From an uncultured Gemmatimonadaceae bacterium (GTDB lineage Bacteria > Gemmatimonadota > Gemmatimonadetes > Gemmatimonadales > Gemmatimonadaceae): DNA of 64,000 nucleotides. The translations under genes and the position numbers were made by a program. The notes under the pieces are model-generated. The model ran no database searches. It saw nothing but the letters and a program-made list of their open reading frames with translations, and had not been told where the DNA came from. Positions 39,443 through 49,589 of the stretch are shown piece by piece (position 1 is the first letter of the stretch; each line of letters begins with the position of its first letter). The DNA lies in NCBI GenBank assembly GCA_963817955.1, contig CAWFQK010000001.1, forward strand, positions 1-64,000, written 5' to 3'.

Positions 39443-40407
39443 ACGCGTTTGCCGTTTCTTATGGCGACGATCTCTGCGAGAATCGCCAAGGCGACTTCGG
39501 CCGATTGTTTGCCGCCGAGGTCCAACCCGATCGGCGTGTGGATACGCGCTATCTCGTCGTCGGAGAACCCTTCATCTCGCAACATGTCGCGTACCGCCCC
39601 ACCGCGCTTGCGACTGCCGAGCAAGCCGAGATAGCCGAGCGGCGTGCGCAACAACTGGCGGAGCACCGGTAACTCGTACTTATAGTCGTGCGCCACGAGC
39701 AGCACCGCCGTGTTCTTTCCCGGCGCGAGCTCGGCGACGATTTCCGATGGCATGCCGACGCGAATGGAGTCCGCATCGGGGAAACGCGCCTTGGTGGCAT
39801 ACCGCTCGCGCCCGTCCACGACGATGCTGCGCATGTCGAGTGCGCGCCCGAAGTGTGTCAGCGACATCGCAATCTCACCGGCGCCAACAATGATCAGCGT
39901 GAGCGGCGGCGCGAGATGATCCACGAAGACGCGCTCGTCCACCGCCCCCGCATCGCGCACGGCGTCTTCCGCCACGACGCGCGGCGCGGTGCTGCCTTCG
40001 AGCGGGGTGATGATCGCCGCGGATTCGCCCCGTGCAAGAAGTGCCGCGGCCTCCTGGTGCGCCACGATCACGGGATCAGCCGGGTCCGCGGGACAGACGC
40101 GCTCGAGCAGCACGTCGATACGTCCGCCGCAGGTCAAACCGATTTCCCATGCCTCGTCATCGTCGAGCGAAACGGACAACAGCGTTCGGTTGCCACCGTC
40201 GGTCATACGGTCGGCCGCGTCGATGACTTGCGCGTCTACGCATCCGCCAATCGTCACGCCGCCGAGCAGCTTTCCACTCGCGCCGACGATCATCTTTGCG
40301 CCGACCTTCTTGGAGGAGCTACCGCTAGCCGCGACGAGCGTAGCGAGGACGATGCTCGTTTCGCCCCGCAGTGCCGGATCGGTTGGATCGAGAAGGAAGT
40401 GGGACAT
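39439..40407 (-). CDS. XdhC/CoxI family molybdoenzyme maturation factor
   Basis: TIGGCVD, GLTCGG, AHDYKYE, YLGLLGSRKR, PIGLDLG. Confidence 0.93.
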   Translation of the reverse strand: MSHFLLDPTDPALRGETSIVLATLVAASGSSSKKVGAKMIVGASGKLLGGVTIGGCVDAQVIDAADRMTDGGNRTLLSVSLDDDEAWEIGLTCGGRIDVLLERVCPADPADPVIVAHQEAAALLARGESAAIITPLEGSTAPRVVAEDAVRDAGAVDERVFVDHLAPPLTLIIVGAGEIAMSLTHFGRALDMRSIVVDGRERYATKARFPDADSIRVGMPSEIVAELAPGKNTAVLLVAHDYKYELPVLRQLLRTPLGYLGLLGSRKRGGAVRDMLRDEGFSDDEIARIHTPIGLDLGGKQSAEVALAILAEIVAIRNGKRV

Positions 40408-40413
40408 GGTGTC

Positions 40414-41178
40414 TCAAGTCTGCGTCGAAGCCTGAAGAACGTCCAGCCAGAGGTGCCGGAGCTCGCTCGCCCCGCGTGCGTTCGGCTCGATCAGCGACCG
40501 GCGCCAATACCATCGCTCGCCTTCGGGCGCCGTCAGGCCATGTCCGAGAAAATGCGCGTGTGCGTCGGCGAGCACCACGTTCGGCGTGCCGCTGGCGAGT
40601 GTGCGAATGTGATCGTTCAGGGTGTCCAGCATGTCGATCGGCAGCGGCGCACCGTCGTAGACGCCAGGAATGCAACCTGTGCGATCTGAAGGATCGTACG
40701 CCGTGGTGAGTAGGACCGTGGCGTTTGAAAAGCGGCTGCGCAGGTTGTCCACGAGAAAGTCATACGCCTCGACGATATCAGCGACGAACTTCTCGAGTAG
40801 CGGCCGGCGCGGCCGGCTGCCATACGCGCTGAGCAGGTCGTTTCCGCCGACCGTCAGCGTAATGAGCATTGCCTCGTCGCGGTCCTCGAGTTGCGAGAGC
40901 TGCTCGCCGAACACCCCACCGATCGTCGCGTCATCGGTCGTCAGATTCTCGAACGCAATGCCGGGGTACAACGACACGAGGTCGTTGCCGAGGTCCTCCG
41001 GCCAACGCTCTTCGGCATTGTGATACAACAGTGAGGCCGCGCCGAGCTGCGCCACGCGACCGGCAGCCGGCACGCGCTCGAGGGCGACCGCCACGTCGAT
41101 CTCACCGGCATCGAGCGCGGGATAGAGATCGATCGACATCGAATCGCCGAGGGCGATGTAGCGAGTGAAATCAGTCAT
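40414..41178 (-). CDS. SGNH/GDSL hydrolase
   Basis: YIALGDSMS and TVGGND; C-terminal IEPNARG in place of DxxHP. Confidence 0.85.
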   Translation of the reverse strand: MTDFTRYIALGDSMSIDLYPALDAGEIDVAVALERVPAAGRVAQLGAASLLYHNAEERWPEDLGNDLVSLYPGIAFENLTTDDATIGGVFGEQLSQLEDRDEAMLITLTVGGNDLLSAYGSRPRRPLLEKFVADIVEAYDFLVDNLRSRFSNATVLLTTAYDPSDRTGCIPGVYDGAPLPIDMLDTLNDHIRTLASGTPNVVLADAHAHFLGHGLTAPEGERWYWRRSLIEPNARGASELRHLWLDVLQASTQT

Positions 41179-41192
41179 GACGTGCGTAGGCC

Positions 41193-42410
41193 TCAGACGG
41201 GCGCCCGCAGTCCCCGCGTCGCCAGGATTCGCCCGACTACGTCGCCGATCATGTTGTTCGGCGTACTCGCACCGGCGGTGACGCCGATGCGCACCGGACC
41301 GGCCGGCAGCCAGTGGGCTGCGTCGGTCTCCACGTGCTTGATCAGGGAGGCGCGGAAATGGATGGACTTCGCGTCGGGATCAATTGCCGACGAATTCTCG
41401 ATGTGGTACGTCGGCACCTCGCCGGCACACAGCGCGGCAAGTGAGATGGTGTTGCTCGAATTGAATCCGCCGATCACGACCATGACGTCGACGCCTTCAC
41501 CGAGCAGCTCGCGTACGGCGTCCTGCCGCTCCTGTGTGGCGCTACAGATGGTATCGAAACTACGAAAGCTCGTCGCGCGTGCCTCTTCCCCGCGCGCCTT
41601 GGCGATCGACGCTCCGATCTGCTCGGCGATCGCCAACGACTCGCGCGCCAGCATGGTCGTTTGATTGGCGACGCCAATTCGCTGGAGGTGCTTGGCAGGA
41701 TCAAATCCCGGCGATACGGCCTTCGCGAAGGTCGTCATCAGCGACTCGGCGGGCAAGCGACCTTCGATGTAGTCACAGACGAGCAGCGCTTCGTCCATGT
41801 TGCGCACCACGAGGTAGTGCCCCTCGGGATATTTCTGCACCTGCGATGCCGTGGCGCGCGTCTCCTCGTGGTAGTACTTGCCATGGATCACGGCCGTGAA
41901 GCCGTCGCGCGCGTAGCTGTCCACGCGCTTCCAGACATTGAGCACCGACCCACAGGTCGTATCCACGAGCACGGATCCGATCGTGCGTAGCGCCGAGAAG
42001 TCCTCGATCGTCACGCCGAACGCGGGCATGATCACCACGTCTTCGGGCGAAATGCCACTGAAGTCGAAGGCGCCCATCGGGTCGTCCTTCGACAGGATGG
42101 TGACGCCCATTTCCTTCAAGCGATCGTTGACGTGCGGGTTATGGATGATCTCGCCAACGAGGAAGATGCGCCGGTCGGGGAACTTGCGCCGCGTCTGGTA
42201 TGCGTACTCGACCGCGCGCTCGACGCCATAACAGAAGCCGAATTCCCGCGCCATGCGGATCGTGACGTCCCCGACGGTGAGGGTGTGGTCGTTCGACCGA
42301 AGGAAATCGACTATCCGTCCATCATAATCGGCTGCCAAGTCGTCCTGAACGGCGGACTGGAGCCCGAAACCCTTTCGGAAATAAGTAGATGGCTCTCTTG
42401 GCGACGTCAT
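41193..42410 (-). CDS. ispH: 4-hydroxy-3-methylbut-2-enyl diphosphate reductase (long type)
   Basis: FGFCYGVERA, EIIHNP, DTTCG, HEET, NQTT, TICSATQERQ, SSNT, AGASTP. Confidence 0.96.
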   Translation of the reverse strand: MTSPREPSTYFRKGFGLQSAVQDDLAADYDGRIVDFLRSNDHTLTVGDVTIRMAREFGFCYGVERAVEYAYQTRRKFPDRRIFLVGEIIHNPHVNDRLKEMGVTILSKDDPMGAFDFSGISPEDVVIMPAFGVTIEDFSALRTIGSVLVDTTCGSVLNVWKRVDSYARDGFTAVIHGKYYHEETRATASQVQKYPEGHYLVVRNMDEALLVCDYIEGRLPAESLMTTFAKAVSPGFDPAKHLQRIGVANQTTMLARESLAIAEQIGASIAKARGEEARATSFRSFDTICSATQERQDAVRELLGEGVDVMVVIGGFNSSNTISLAALCAGEVPTYHIENSSAIDPDAKSIHFRASLIKHVETDAAHWLPAGPVRIGVTAGASTPNNMIGDVVGRILATRGLRAPV

Positions 42411-42447
42411 GGTTGTAAATGTAGCGGCGCTCCTGTAGGATAGCGGA

Positions 42448-44376
42448 ATGACCTCCCAATCCGAGCCGCGTCGCGCCATCGGCAGCGATGCGCTTTCAGT
42501 ACGCCTTCAGGCGGCGCTCGCCGGAGAGTACTCCATTGAATGCGAGCTCGGCCGCGGTGGAATGGGCGTCGTTTATCTGGCGCGTGAGGTGCGCCTGACG
42601 CGGGAGGTCGCCATCAAGATCCTCTTGCCCGAGGTGGCGGAACAAGCGGGCATGCGCGAACAGTTCGTTCGCGAGGCACAGACCGCGGCGCGGCTGTCGC
42701 ACCCGAACATCGTCGCGATCCATCGCGTGGACGAGGCAGACGGCATCGTCTACTTCGTCATGGCGTACATCGCCGGCGAGACGCTGGCTCATCGCGTCGC
42801 CACACGCGGCGCGCTGCCACCGCATCAGGCAGCGCGCGTGCTGCGCGACGTGGCATGGGCGCTGACGTACGCACACGCGAGTGGGATCGTGCACCGTGAC
42901 ATCAAGGCCGACAACATTCTGATCGAGCAGTCCACGGGACGCGCGGTCGTGACGGACTTCGGCATTGCGGGTGTGACGAACGCCGTTGCGCGCACCGACA
43001 ACGGCCAGATCGTTGGCAGCCCCCATTACGCCAGCCCCGAACAGATCTCCGGCCAGCCGCTGGATGCCATGAGCGATCTGTATTCCCTGGGCGTCGTGGG
43101 GTATCTGTCGCTGACCGGTCGCCTGCCCTTCGATGCGCAGACACCGCAGGACGTGTTGATGATGCATCTCAACGCCCGGCCGGCGGCGATTGCCACGCTC
43201 GCGCCCGCGGTGCCGCCCCGACTGACGCAGGTGATAGAACGGTGCCTGGCCAAGCGCCCGGAACATCGCTTCCCGAGCGCAACCGCCTTTGCCGACGCGC
43301 TGGACCAAGCGGTCGATCCGCCGCGTGAAATCCCCGCGCCACTTCGCGTCTGGCTCGCGCGCACGAATCGGAACCCCCGCGCAGAGCTGATCGCGGGCGC
43401 TTTCCTCACATTGACGATAGGCGTGCCGTTGGCAACAGAGGGGGGCAACCCCTGGGCTGGACTGGCGGTCTCCCTGGCCTCGATTGTTGGCCTCGGCATC
43501 CTCCCGTCGGTGGCGCGGATGCGGCGCGTCGTAAAGGCTGGTTATGAGATCGACGATGTGCGCGTGGCTGTGCGCGAGTTCTGGATGAGGCGACGTGAAG
43601 AAGTCATGTACGAGCTGCAGGAGCGGCCGCGCGCCTTTGGACCACATGGCCTCCGATATCTTTTTGGCGCAAGTGCGCTGGGAGCGGTCGCGTTTTGGGC
43701 ACTCGCAAACGAGGGTAGAGTGTTCCCGCTGGTCGCCGCCATCACGTGCGGAGCGGCTGCCGTCGGCTCCGGCTTGTTGGCGATCGCCGATTCGCAGCGC
43801 GCCTGGCGCATCCACAGTATCGGCGGCGCGCAACTCAAGTTCTACGGCGGCAAGTGGGGTGAACGCTTGGTCCGCGTGGCCGGTTGGGGCGTGAAGAACA
43901 AGGGCAAGGCGTCCTCGCTGCCGCAACTCACCGAGGTCGCGCTCGGACGCGCGACCGATGCGCTGTACAACGCATTGCCAAAGGCTCTCCGCAAGCAGCT
44001 CAAGTCGCTGCCAAATACCGTGCGTCGGCTCGAAGTGGATGCACAGAAACTCCGCACGCAGATCGACCATCTCGACGAATCAATGGTTTCGCTCCAAGGC
44101 GACGCCGGCTCGGACGCGCGCGATCGCCTGCTCGCCGATCTGCGCCTGACGCGGGAGCGCGGGAGCGACCGTCTTTCAGCCACCGTCGCGGCACTCGAGA
44201 ACATCCGGCTGGATCTGATGCGGTTGCAGCTCGGCAACGGCCACATCCAATCCGTCACCGCATCGCTCGAATCGGCGCAGCAAGTGGCCGCCGATCTCGG
44301 TGCGTATGTCGATGCGGCACGCGAAGTGGAGGATCTCCTCGGTGCCGGCCCGTCTCCGGCGGCAGATCCCGCGTGA
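42448..44376 (+). CDS. Membrane Ser/Thr protein kinase
   Basis: GRGGMGVV, VAIK, HRDIKADN, DFG, SPEQ; about 4 TM segments and a coiled-coil tail. Confidence 0.95.
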   Translation: MTSQSEPRRAIGSDALSVRLQAALAGEYSIECELGRGGMGVVYLAREVRLTREVAIKILLPEVAEQAGMREQFVREAQTAARLSHPNIVAIHRVDEADGIVYFVMAYIAGETLAHRVATRGALPPHQAARVLRDVAWALTYAHASGIVHRDIKADNILIEQSTGRAVVTDFGIAGVTNAVARTDNGQIVGSPHYASPEQISGQPLDAMSDLYSLGVVGYLSLTGRLPFDAQTPQDVLMMHLNARPAAIATLAPAVPPRLTQVIERCLAKRPEHRFPSATAFADALDQAVDPPREIPAPLRVWLARTNRNPRAELIAGAFLTLTIGVPLATEGGNPWAGLAVSLASIVGLGILPSVARMRRVVKAGYEIDDVRVAVREFWMRRREEVMYELQERPRAFGPHGLRYLFGASALGAVAFWALANEGRVFPLVAAITCGAAAVGSGLLAIADSQRAWRIHSIGGAQLKFYGGKWGERLVRVAGWGVKNKGKASSLPQLTEVALGRATDALYNALPKALRKQLKSLPNTVRRLEVDAQKLRTQIDHLDESMVSLQGDAGSDARDRLLADLRLTRERGSDRLSATVAALENIRLDLMRLQLGNGHIQSVTASLESAQQVAADLGAYVDAAREVEDLLGAGPSPAADPA

Positions 44377-45311
44377 CCACACCGCTCCTCCGACCACCGG
44401 CCATCGTGAAGGGCGACTCCATTGGCATCGTGTCGCCCTCCTACGCGCCGAAGCACGCCTGGCTTCAGCGGGGCATCAGCGCACTCGAGCGCGCGGGCTT
44501 CAACGTGCTCCTCGATCCCAATATCGAAAAGTCGCCGCGCTTCAAACGCGTCGAGGACAAACGGCGCGCCGAGCAGCTCATGGCCATGTGGCTCAACCCA
44601 CAGGTGAAGGCGATCATCGCCAGCACCGGCGGGTACGGCGCCGTTCGCCTGCTGCCGCATCTCGATCCCGCGGTGTTCCGCAACAATCCCAAGTCGTTCG
44701 TGGGCTACTCGGACATCACCGCGCTGCATCTGTGGCTCATGCGCCTCGCCAATCTGCGCAGCTTCCATGGCCCCACCGTGGACGATCTCATTCCGAGCAT
44801 GCGCGATCCCACAATGGTGTCGTTGCTTGCTGCCCTCACGACGCCCTGTCCGACGCAGAAGATCGGCCGCGAGCTGTCGCGCGGCGTCGTGCCGGGACGC
44901 GCCACGGGTCGCTTGGTGGGCGGCAATCTCTCGCTGGTGCAGCAGACGATCGGTACGTCGTACCAGGTGGAGATCGACCACGCCATCCTGTTCATCGAGG
45001 AGACTCGTGACCCCATGTCGGTGGTGGACGAGCGTCTGGTACACATGCGCGCCGCGGGATTGCTCGAGCGCGTCTCGGGGATCGTCTTCGGTCAGCTCTC
45101 GCTCGATCGCTCGGAGGAAGACGAATTCGAGGATTTTCTACTCGACCTCATCTCCGATCTGCACGTGCCCGTGCTCATGGACTTTCCAGCCGGTCATGAA
45201 AACCCTAATCTGACGCTGCCCATCGGCACCGAGGTGGAGTTGGTCGTCGAAGAGCAGCGGGGCTGGATCGTCTATCGCGAAGACGCGTTGAGTGCTCCGG
45301 TGGGTGTGTAG
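44373..45311 (+). CDS. LD-carboxypeptidase (S66)
   Basis: GGYG, GYSDIT, HGP, GGNLS, LFIEE, PAGH; GTG overlaps the kinase stop. Confidence 0.93.
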   Translation: MTTPLLRPPAIVKGDSIGIVSPSYAPKHAWLQRGISALERAGFNVLLDPNIEKSPRFKRVEDKRRAEQLMAMWLNPQVKAIIASTGGYGAVRLLPHLDPAVFRNNPKSFVGYSDITALHLWLMRLANLRSFHGPTVDDLIPSMRDPTMVSLLAALTTPCPTQKIGRELSRGVVPGRATGRLVGGNLSLVQQTIGTSYQVEIDHAILFIEETRDPMSVVDERLVHMRAAGLLERVSGIVFGQLSLDRSEEDEFEDFLLDLISDLHVPVLMDFPAGHENPNLTLPIGTEVELVVEEQRGWIVYREDALSAPVGV

Positions 45312-45345
45312 CGATGGTCGCCCTCCTTCTGCTGTCGCCGCCGCT

Positions 45346-46806
45346 ATGAGCGAGGCATACGATCTGGTCGTGATCGGCGCCGGGCCCGCGGGCGAGAAGG
45401 GCGCAGCGCAAGCTGCCTACTTCGGGAAGCGTGTCTGCATCATCGAGCGCGCGCCCAGACCCGGCGGCGCCGCGATCAACACCGGCACCGTCCCATCCAA
45501 GACCCTGCGCGAAACGGCGCTCTACTTCTCGGGTCTGCGCCAACGCGGCCTGTACGGCGTCGATTATCACGTCAAGCGCAATATCACGATTAGCGACTTC
45601 ATGTTCCGCGAGCGCTCGGTGATCGACGCCGAGTGGAAGCTGATCGACGAGAACATCCGCACGCACGGCATTGCGCAGATCCAGGGCTCGGCAAGGTTCA
45701 TCGACCAGCAAACTGTGGAGGTCGCGCGCTACGGGACCGAGCCGCGGCAGATAACAGGCCAGGCGTTTCTCATCGCCACAGGATCGGCGCCGTTGCGGCC
45801 GCAAGGGGTCGTTGTGGACGGTAGCGTGATCGTGGACAGCGACTCGTTGCTCCGACTCGAGAAGATTCCGGCGTCGATGATCGTCGTGGGCGGGGGCGTG
45901 GTCGGATGCGAGTACGCGTGCATCTTCGCCGCACTCGGCGTGCACGTGTCGATCATCACGTCTCGCCCGCGACTGTTGGCGCATCTCGACGCCGAGGTCA
46001 GCGACGCGCTACGACAGCAGATGACGTCGCGGCTCGGCGTTCAGGTGCACGTCGGCACCGATATCGCCCAACTGGCGGTGGAGAATGGGCGCGCCGTGAT
46101 CACGCTCGCCGGCGGCGATCAACTGAACGGCGATTGCGCGCTGTACTGCGCGGGACGCACTGGCGCATCGAACGGACTTGGTCTGACAGAACTTGGTGTC
46201 CACACCAATTCGCGCGGCTTCATCGAAGTCGATGAGCATTATCGCACCGCCGTGCCGGGGATCTACGCGGCCGGCGACGTGGTCGGCTTCCCGACGCTTG
46301 CGTCCACGTCCATGGAACAGGCACGCGTTGCGATCTGTCACGCCTTCGATCTGCGGTACAAGCAGGCAATGGCGAACGTGATTCCCTACGCCGTCTACAC
46401 GATCCCGGAGATTGCCACGGTCGGCATGACGGAAGAGCAGCTCAGAAGCAGAGGCATCGATTACGAGATCGGCCGCGCGTCGTTCCGCAACAACGCACGC
46501 GGCCAGATCATTGGAGATCTCGACGGATTCGTGAAGCTGCTGTTCCGGTCCGAGGATCAGAGCCTGTTGGGCGCATCGATCGTCGGCGAGTCCGCGGCCG
46601 AATTGATCCACGTCGCGATGGCCTGCCTGTCGTTCGGCGGAACGATCGACTTCTTCATACAAAGCGTATTCAACTATCCATCGCTCTCAGAGACGTACAA
46701 GTACGCGGCGTACGACGGACTGCAGGCGCTGGCGCGCCGTCACGCCAGGCAGCCGGGGCTGCCGAGCGAGGACAGGCACAATGTGGATTGGACTCCGGAT
46801 CTCTGA
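45346..46806 (+). CDS. sthA: Soluble pyridine nucleotide transhydrogenase
   Basis: GAGPAG, GTVPSKTLRE with no redox disulfide, LASTSMEQ, FNYPSLSETYKYAAYDGL. Confidence 0.9.
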   Translation: MSEAYDLVVIGAGPAGEKGAAQAAYFGKRVCIIERAPRPGGAAINTGTVPSKTLRETALYFSGLRQRGLYGVDYHVKRNITISDFMFRERSVIDAEWKLIDENIRTHGIAQIQGSARFIDQQTVEVARYGTEPRQITGQAFLIATGSAPLRPQGVVVDGSVIVDSDSLLRLEKIPASMIVVGGGVVGCEYACIFAALGVHVSIITSRPRLLAHLDAEVSDALRQQMTSRLGVQVHVGTDIAQLAVENGRAVITLAGGDQLNGDCALYCAGRTGASNGLGLTELGVHTNSRGFIEVDEHYRTAVPGIYAAGDVVGFPTLASTSMEQARVAICHAFDLRYKQAMANVIPYAVYTIPEIATVGMTEEQLRSRGIDYEIGRASFRNNARGQIIGDLDGFVKLLFRSEDQSLLGASIVGESAAELIHVAMACLSFGGTIDFFIQSVFNYPSLSETYKYAAYDGLQALARRHARQPGLPSEDRHNVDWTPDL

Positions 46807-46835
46807 CTGGCCGGATGTCGCCGGCTGCGCCGTAG

Positions 46836-47396
46836 TCAGTACAGCTCCTCAGACAGAAACGGCGCCAGCGCGTAGCTGACGAGCACTTCGTACGCGCGCT
46901 GCCGGTCGACGAGTCCGCGGGTGAGAATGCCGACCGCGCCCTTGCCGCGTTTCGTGTCATGCTCGCCGATCAGGCGATCCATTGCATGGCCGAGTTCCAT
47001 GCCACCGCGAATCAGCCCGGCGACGGCCGGCGGGAGCGGGACGCACAGGGATCCACCTACCCCTTGGCGTCCGTCGCGCGACACGATTGCGGCCCAGGCA
47101 CAGGTGCGCATCGAACCATCGGGCTGCTCCACGACGCCACCTTCAATGCCGACGCCGAGGTCCGCGTCGAGGGCTTCGCGTGCAGCGATGGCGCGGGCGA
47201 GTGCGCCTCGGATCGTTTGCTCGTCACCAACCGGTTGCTCCGGTACACCCGACGCGACGTTCAGGCCCTGGACCACGGCCAGCGGCGCGACGGCGCCGAG
47301 CACGGCGCGCACCGCGCCAATCTTCACCGGGTTGGTGGAACCCACTACGATCGTCTTGTGCGATGCGAGCGGCGGTGGCGGAACGTCAGCAGTCAC
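46836..47396 (-). CDS. yjjX: Inosine/xanthosine triphosphatase (YjjX/DUF84)
   Basis: VGSTNPVK, SGVPEQP, GIEGG, ELGHAMD, GAVGILT. Confidence 0.88.
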   Translation of the reverse strand: MTADVPPPPLASHKTIVVGSTNPVKIGAVRAVLGAVAPLAVVQGLNVASGVPEQPVGDEQTIRGALARAIAAREALDADLGVGIEGGVVEQPDGSMRTCAWAAIVSRDGRQGVGGSLCVPLPPAVAGLIRGGMELGHAMDRLIGEHDTKRGKGAVGILTRGLVDRQRAYEVLVSYALAPFLSEELY

Positions 47397-47570
47397 AATC
47401 AATAAGTATCGTTTCGTTCACAATTCACGTTGCGACGGGCGAGAAATGTACCTCGCGTCGTCACACTCCGTTAGATGGCGACGTAAGAACCGTAAACGGT
47501 CGTGCCGCCGCCGGCTTCGCTTGCTGCGAGTCCGTCCGCGAGATATGCTTGACGTCCCTTGTCGAACACG

Positions 47571-48236
47571 ATGCTGACGATCACTCCGTCCTCCGACTCC
47601 GCCGCGGTACCACTCGCCGGTTCCCATTCGACGACCGACCAGTCGCCGTTTGTGTTCATCGGAGAACGCCTCTGGCTGGATTTCGTAAACTGTGAATACG
47701 GGCTGCGTCGCCGGGACGCGCTGAATGATTTCGAGACGCTCGTGCGCTGGCTCGAGGTCGCCGGGGTGCTCGACGTGGATCGCGCCAGTGGAATCCGCCG
47801 GAGGGCCGAGCAGCAGCCGGCTGGTGCAGGAGTGGCGCTCATCGAAGCACGGCGCGTGCGCACCGCCCTTCGGTCGCTCGCCGAGCGCGGCCCAATGAGC
47901 GAGCGGATGCGCAACGAAGGACTCGTCGAGATCAATCGGGTGCTGGGCCGTAGCGCGGGTACGCGCCGCGTCGACCTGCGCCAGGACGGCACGTTCATCC
48001 GCTCCTTCGTACCGGTGGGCGATGCGTTCGCCGGTCTCATGATCCCCATCGTCGAGTCGGCCGCCGACGCACTCATTCTCGGCGAGCTGTCGCGCGTACA
48101 CATCTGTGCGGACCCACGCTGTCAACGCGTGTTCTTCGATGGCACCAAGAATGGACGCCGCCGCTGGTGCGACATGGCCACCTGTGGCAACCGCGCCAAG
48201 GCGGCACGCCACCGGGAGAAGCTGAAGTCGCAGTGA
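47571..48236 (+). CDS. ABATE/CGNR zinc-finger protein
   Basis: LWLDFVN, CADPRC..VFFD.TKNGRRRWCDMATCGNRAK. Confidence 0.93.
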   Translation: MLTITPSSDSAAVPLAGSHSTTDQSPFVFIGERLWLDFVNCEYGLRRRDALNDFETLVRWLEVAGVLDVDRASGIRRRAEQQPAGAGVALIEARRVRTALRSLAERGPMSERMRNEGLVEINRVLGRSAGTRRVDLRQDGTFIRSFVPVGDAFAGLMIPIVESAADALILGELSRVHICADPRCQRVFFDGTKNGRRRWCDMATCGNRAKAARHREKLKSQ

Positions 48237-48748
48237 GCCCGGTTGTCGAAGTCCTGCGGACCTACCTCGAGCTGCGCTCGCTCGATCAACTCCACGGTAC
48301 GCCCGCCCGCGACGACATCCGATTCGTGCAGCGCGTTGGCATTTCCGTAACGGAATACCGGCGGCTCTATCTGCTGGTCGGCGACCAGTGGTATTGGCAC
48401 GATCGCAATCGCTGGTCAGACGATAAGCTCGCGGCGTATCTGGCTGATCCCAGTGTCTCTGTCTGGGAGGCGCTGGTCGGCGACGACAGTGCTGGCTATT
48501 TCGAGATTCAGCGCGACAGCGACGACTCGGCGGAGATCGCGTACTTCGGCCTTGCGAGCGAGTTCATTGGCCGCGGACTCGGCAAGGTCATGCTGGCACG
48601 GGCCGTTGAAGAGGCATTCGCGCTGGGCGTGCCGCGCGTCTGGCTGCACACGTGTACACTCGACTCTCCGCACGCACTACCGAACTACCTGGCGCGAGGG
48701 TTCGAGCCGTTCAGGCAGGAGACGTTCGTGGTGCAGCTTCCGGAGTGA
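48233..48748 (+). CDS. GNAT family acetyltransferase
   Basis: YFGLASEFIGRGLG, VWLHTCTLD, NYLARGF. Confidence 0.9.
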   Translation: MSPVVEVLRTYLELRSLDQLHGTPARDDIRFVQRVGISVTEYRRLYLLVGDQWYWHDRNRWSDDKLAAYLADPSVSVWEALVGDDSAGYFEIQRDSDDSAEIAYFGLASEFIGRGLGKVMLARAVEEAFALGVPRVWLHTCTLDSPHALPNYLARGFEPFRQETFVVQLPE

Positions 48749-48875
48749 TCGGGGGCAGCGGTTGGGGCTACGCAACATCCAATGTGCGACTTCACATGTC
48801 GTCGGTGCTACGCTGCAAGCGTCGCGGTTGTTTTGCGCGCTTCCGCAGCGTATAGTGACCACCTCTTGCCGTTAG

Positions 48876-49340
48876 ATGTCACCAGATGATCGTGCGATGG
48901 CAGAAACTCCATTCGGTTTCAATCCCCAATCGGACGCGGGCTCCGGCGACGCGCTCTTGCAGCTTCGTCGCGAGGATGTCGCCGCCCTCGCCGCGGTCTA
49001 CCTCCGGGATAGTCGTGCCCCGCGCCAATGGGCGGGAGTTGCTGCCGGTCTTGGCGGCCTTGCTCTTGGTCCGCTCCTCATGACGCTGGGCGCGCATCTG
49101 GGATGGCCGGCCACCCTTGAGCCGTATTTCTTCTTTGGCGGCTGGGCGATCATGCTGACTTGCGGAGTAGCCGTCTGGCGGCGGGAACGGGTGCTACGCT
49201 TGCGCTACCGGTTTCAGTGCCCGTCGTGCGATACCGCACTTCTCAACGGCATCCGCGACCAAGCCGGGCTCGCACGTGTTGAGTTGATCATCGCCACAAG
49301 CACGTGCCCGCATTGTGGTTCACGGATTCTCGCGCCGTGA
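48876..49340 (+). CDS. Cassette-borne 2-TM protein with a C-terminal zinc ribbon
   Basis: Two TM segments, CPSC...CPHCG; bounded by GTTAGAT (48871) and ATCTAAC (49342). Confidence 0.7.
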   Translation: MSPDDRAMAETPFGFNPQSDAGSGDALLQLRREDVAALAAVYLRDSRAPRQWAGVAAGLGGLALGPLLMTLGAHLGWPATLEPYFFFGGWAIMLTCGVAVWRRERVLRLRYRFQCPSCDTALLNGIRDQAGLARVELIIATSTCPHCGSRILAP

Positions 49341-49341
49341 C

Positions 49342-49535
49342 ATCTAACGAGGATGTAGAATTGGTCCCATCGCTAGTTCTGCGATCGCGATGTTGAAAAC
49401 TCGACGTCGCCCGAAGCTACAGGATCGACGATCCTCACCTCGGGAATGATCTGACGACAGCCAAATTCGGAGGTCGCGGAATGGTGGGGACATATTCTAC
49501 ATCGTCAACATACGCTGAAGCCGACCGCGTTAGAC
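49342..49535 (+). repeat. attC-like foldback element
   Basis: ATCTAAC at the start, GTTAGAC at the end; internal arms GATGTAGAAT/ATTCTACATC and GTCCCA/TGGGAC; longer than a typical attC. Confidence 0.6.
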
Positions 49536-49589
49536 AACACTCCAAGCATCGCGACAACGAAGGGACTGCCGGGCCGAGGCCCTCTCTCG

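Noticed and set aside
47470..47476. GTTAGAT core-like word between yjjX and the CGNR gene
   Set aside because: Isolated 7-mer with no inverse core or foldback; flanking genes look chromosomal
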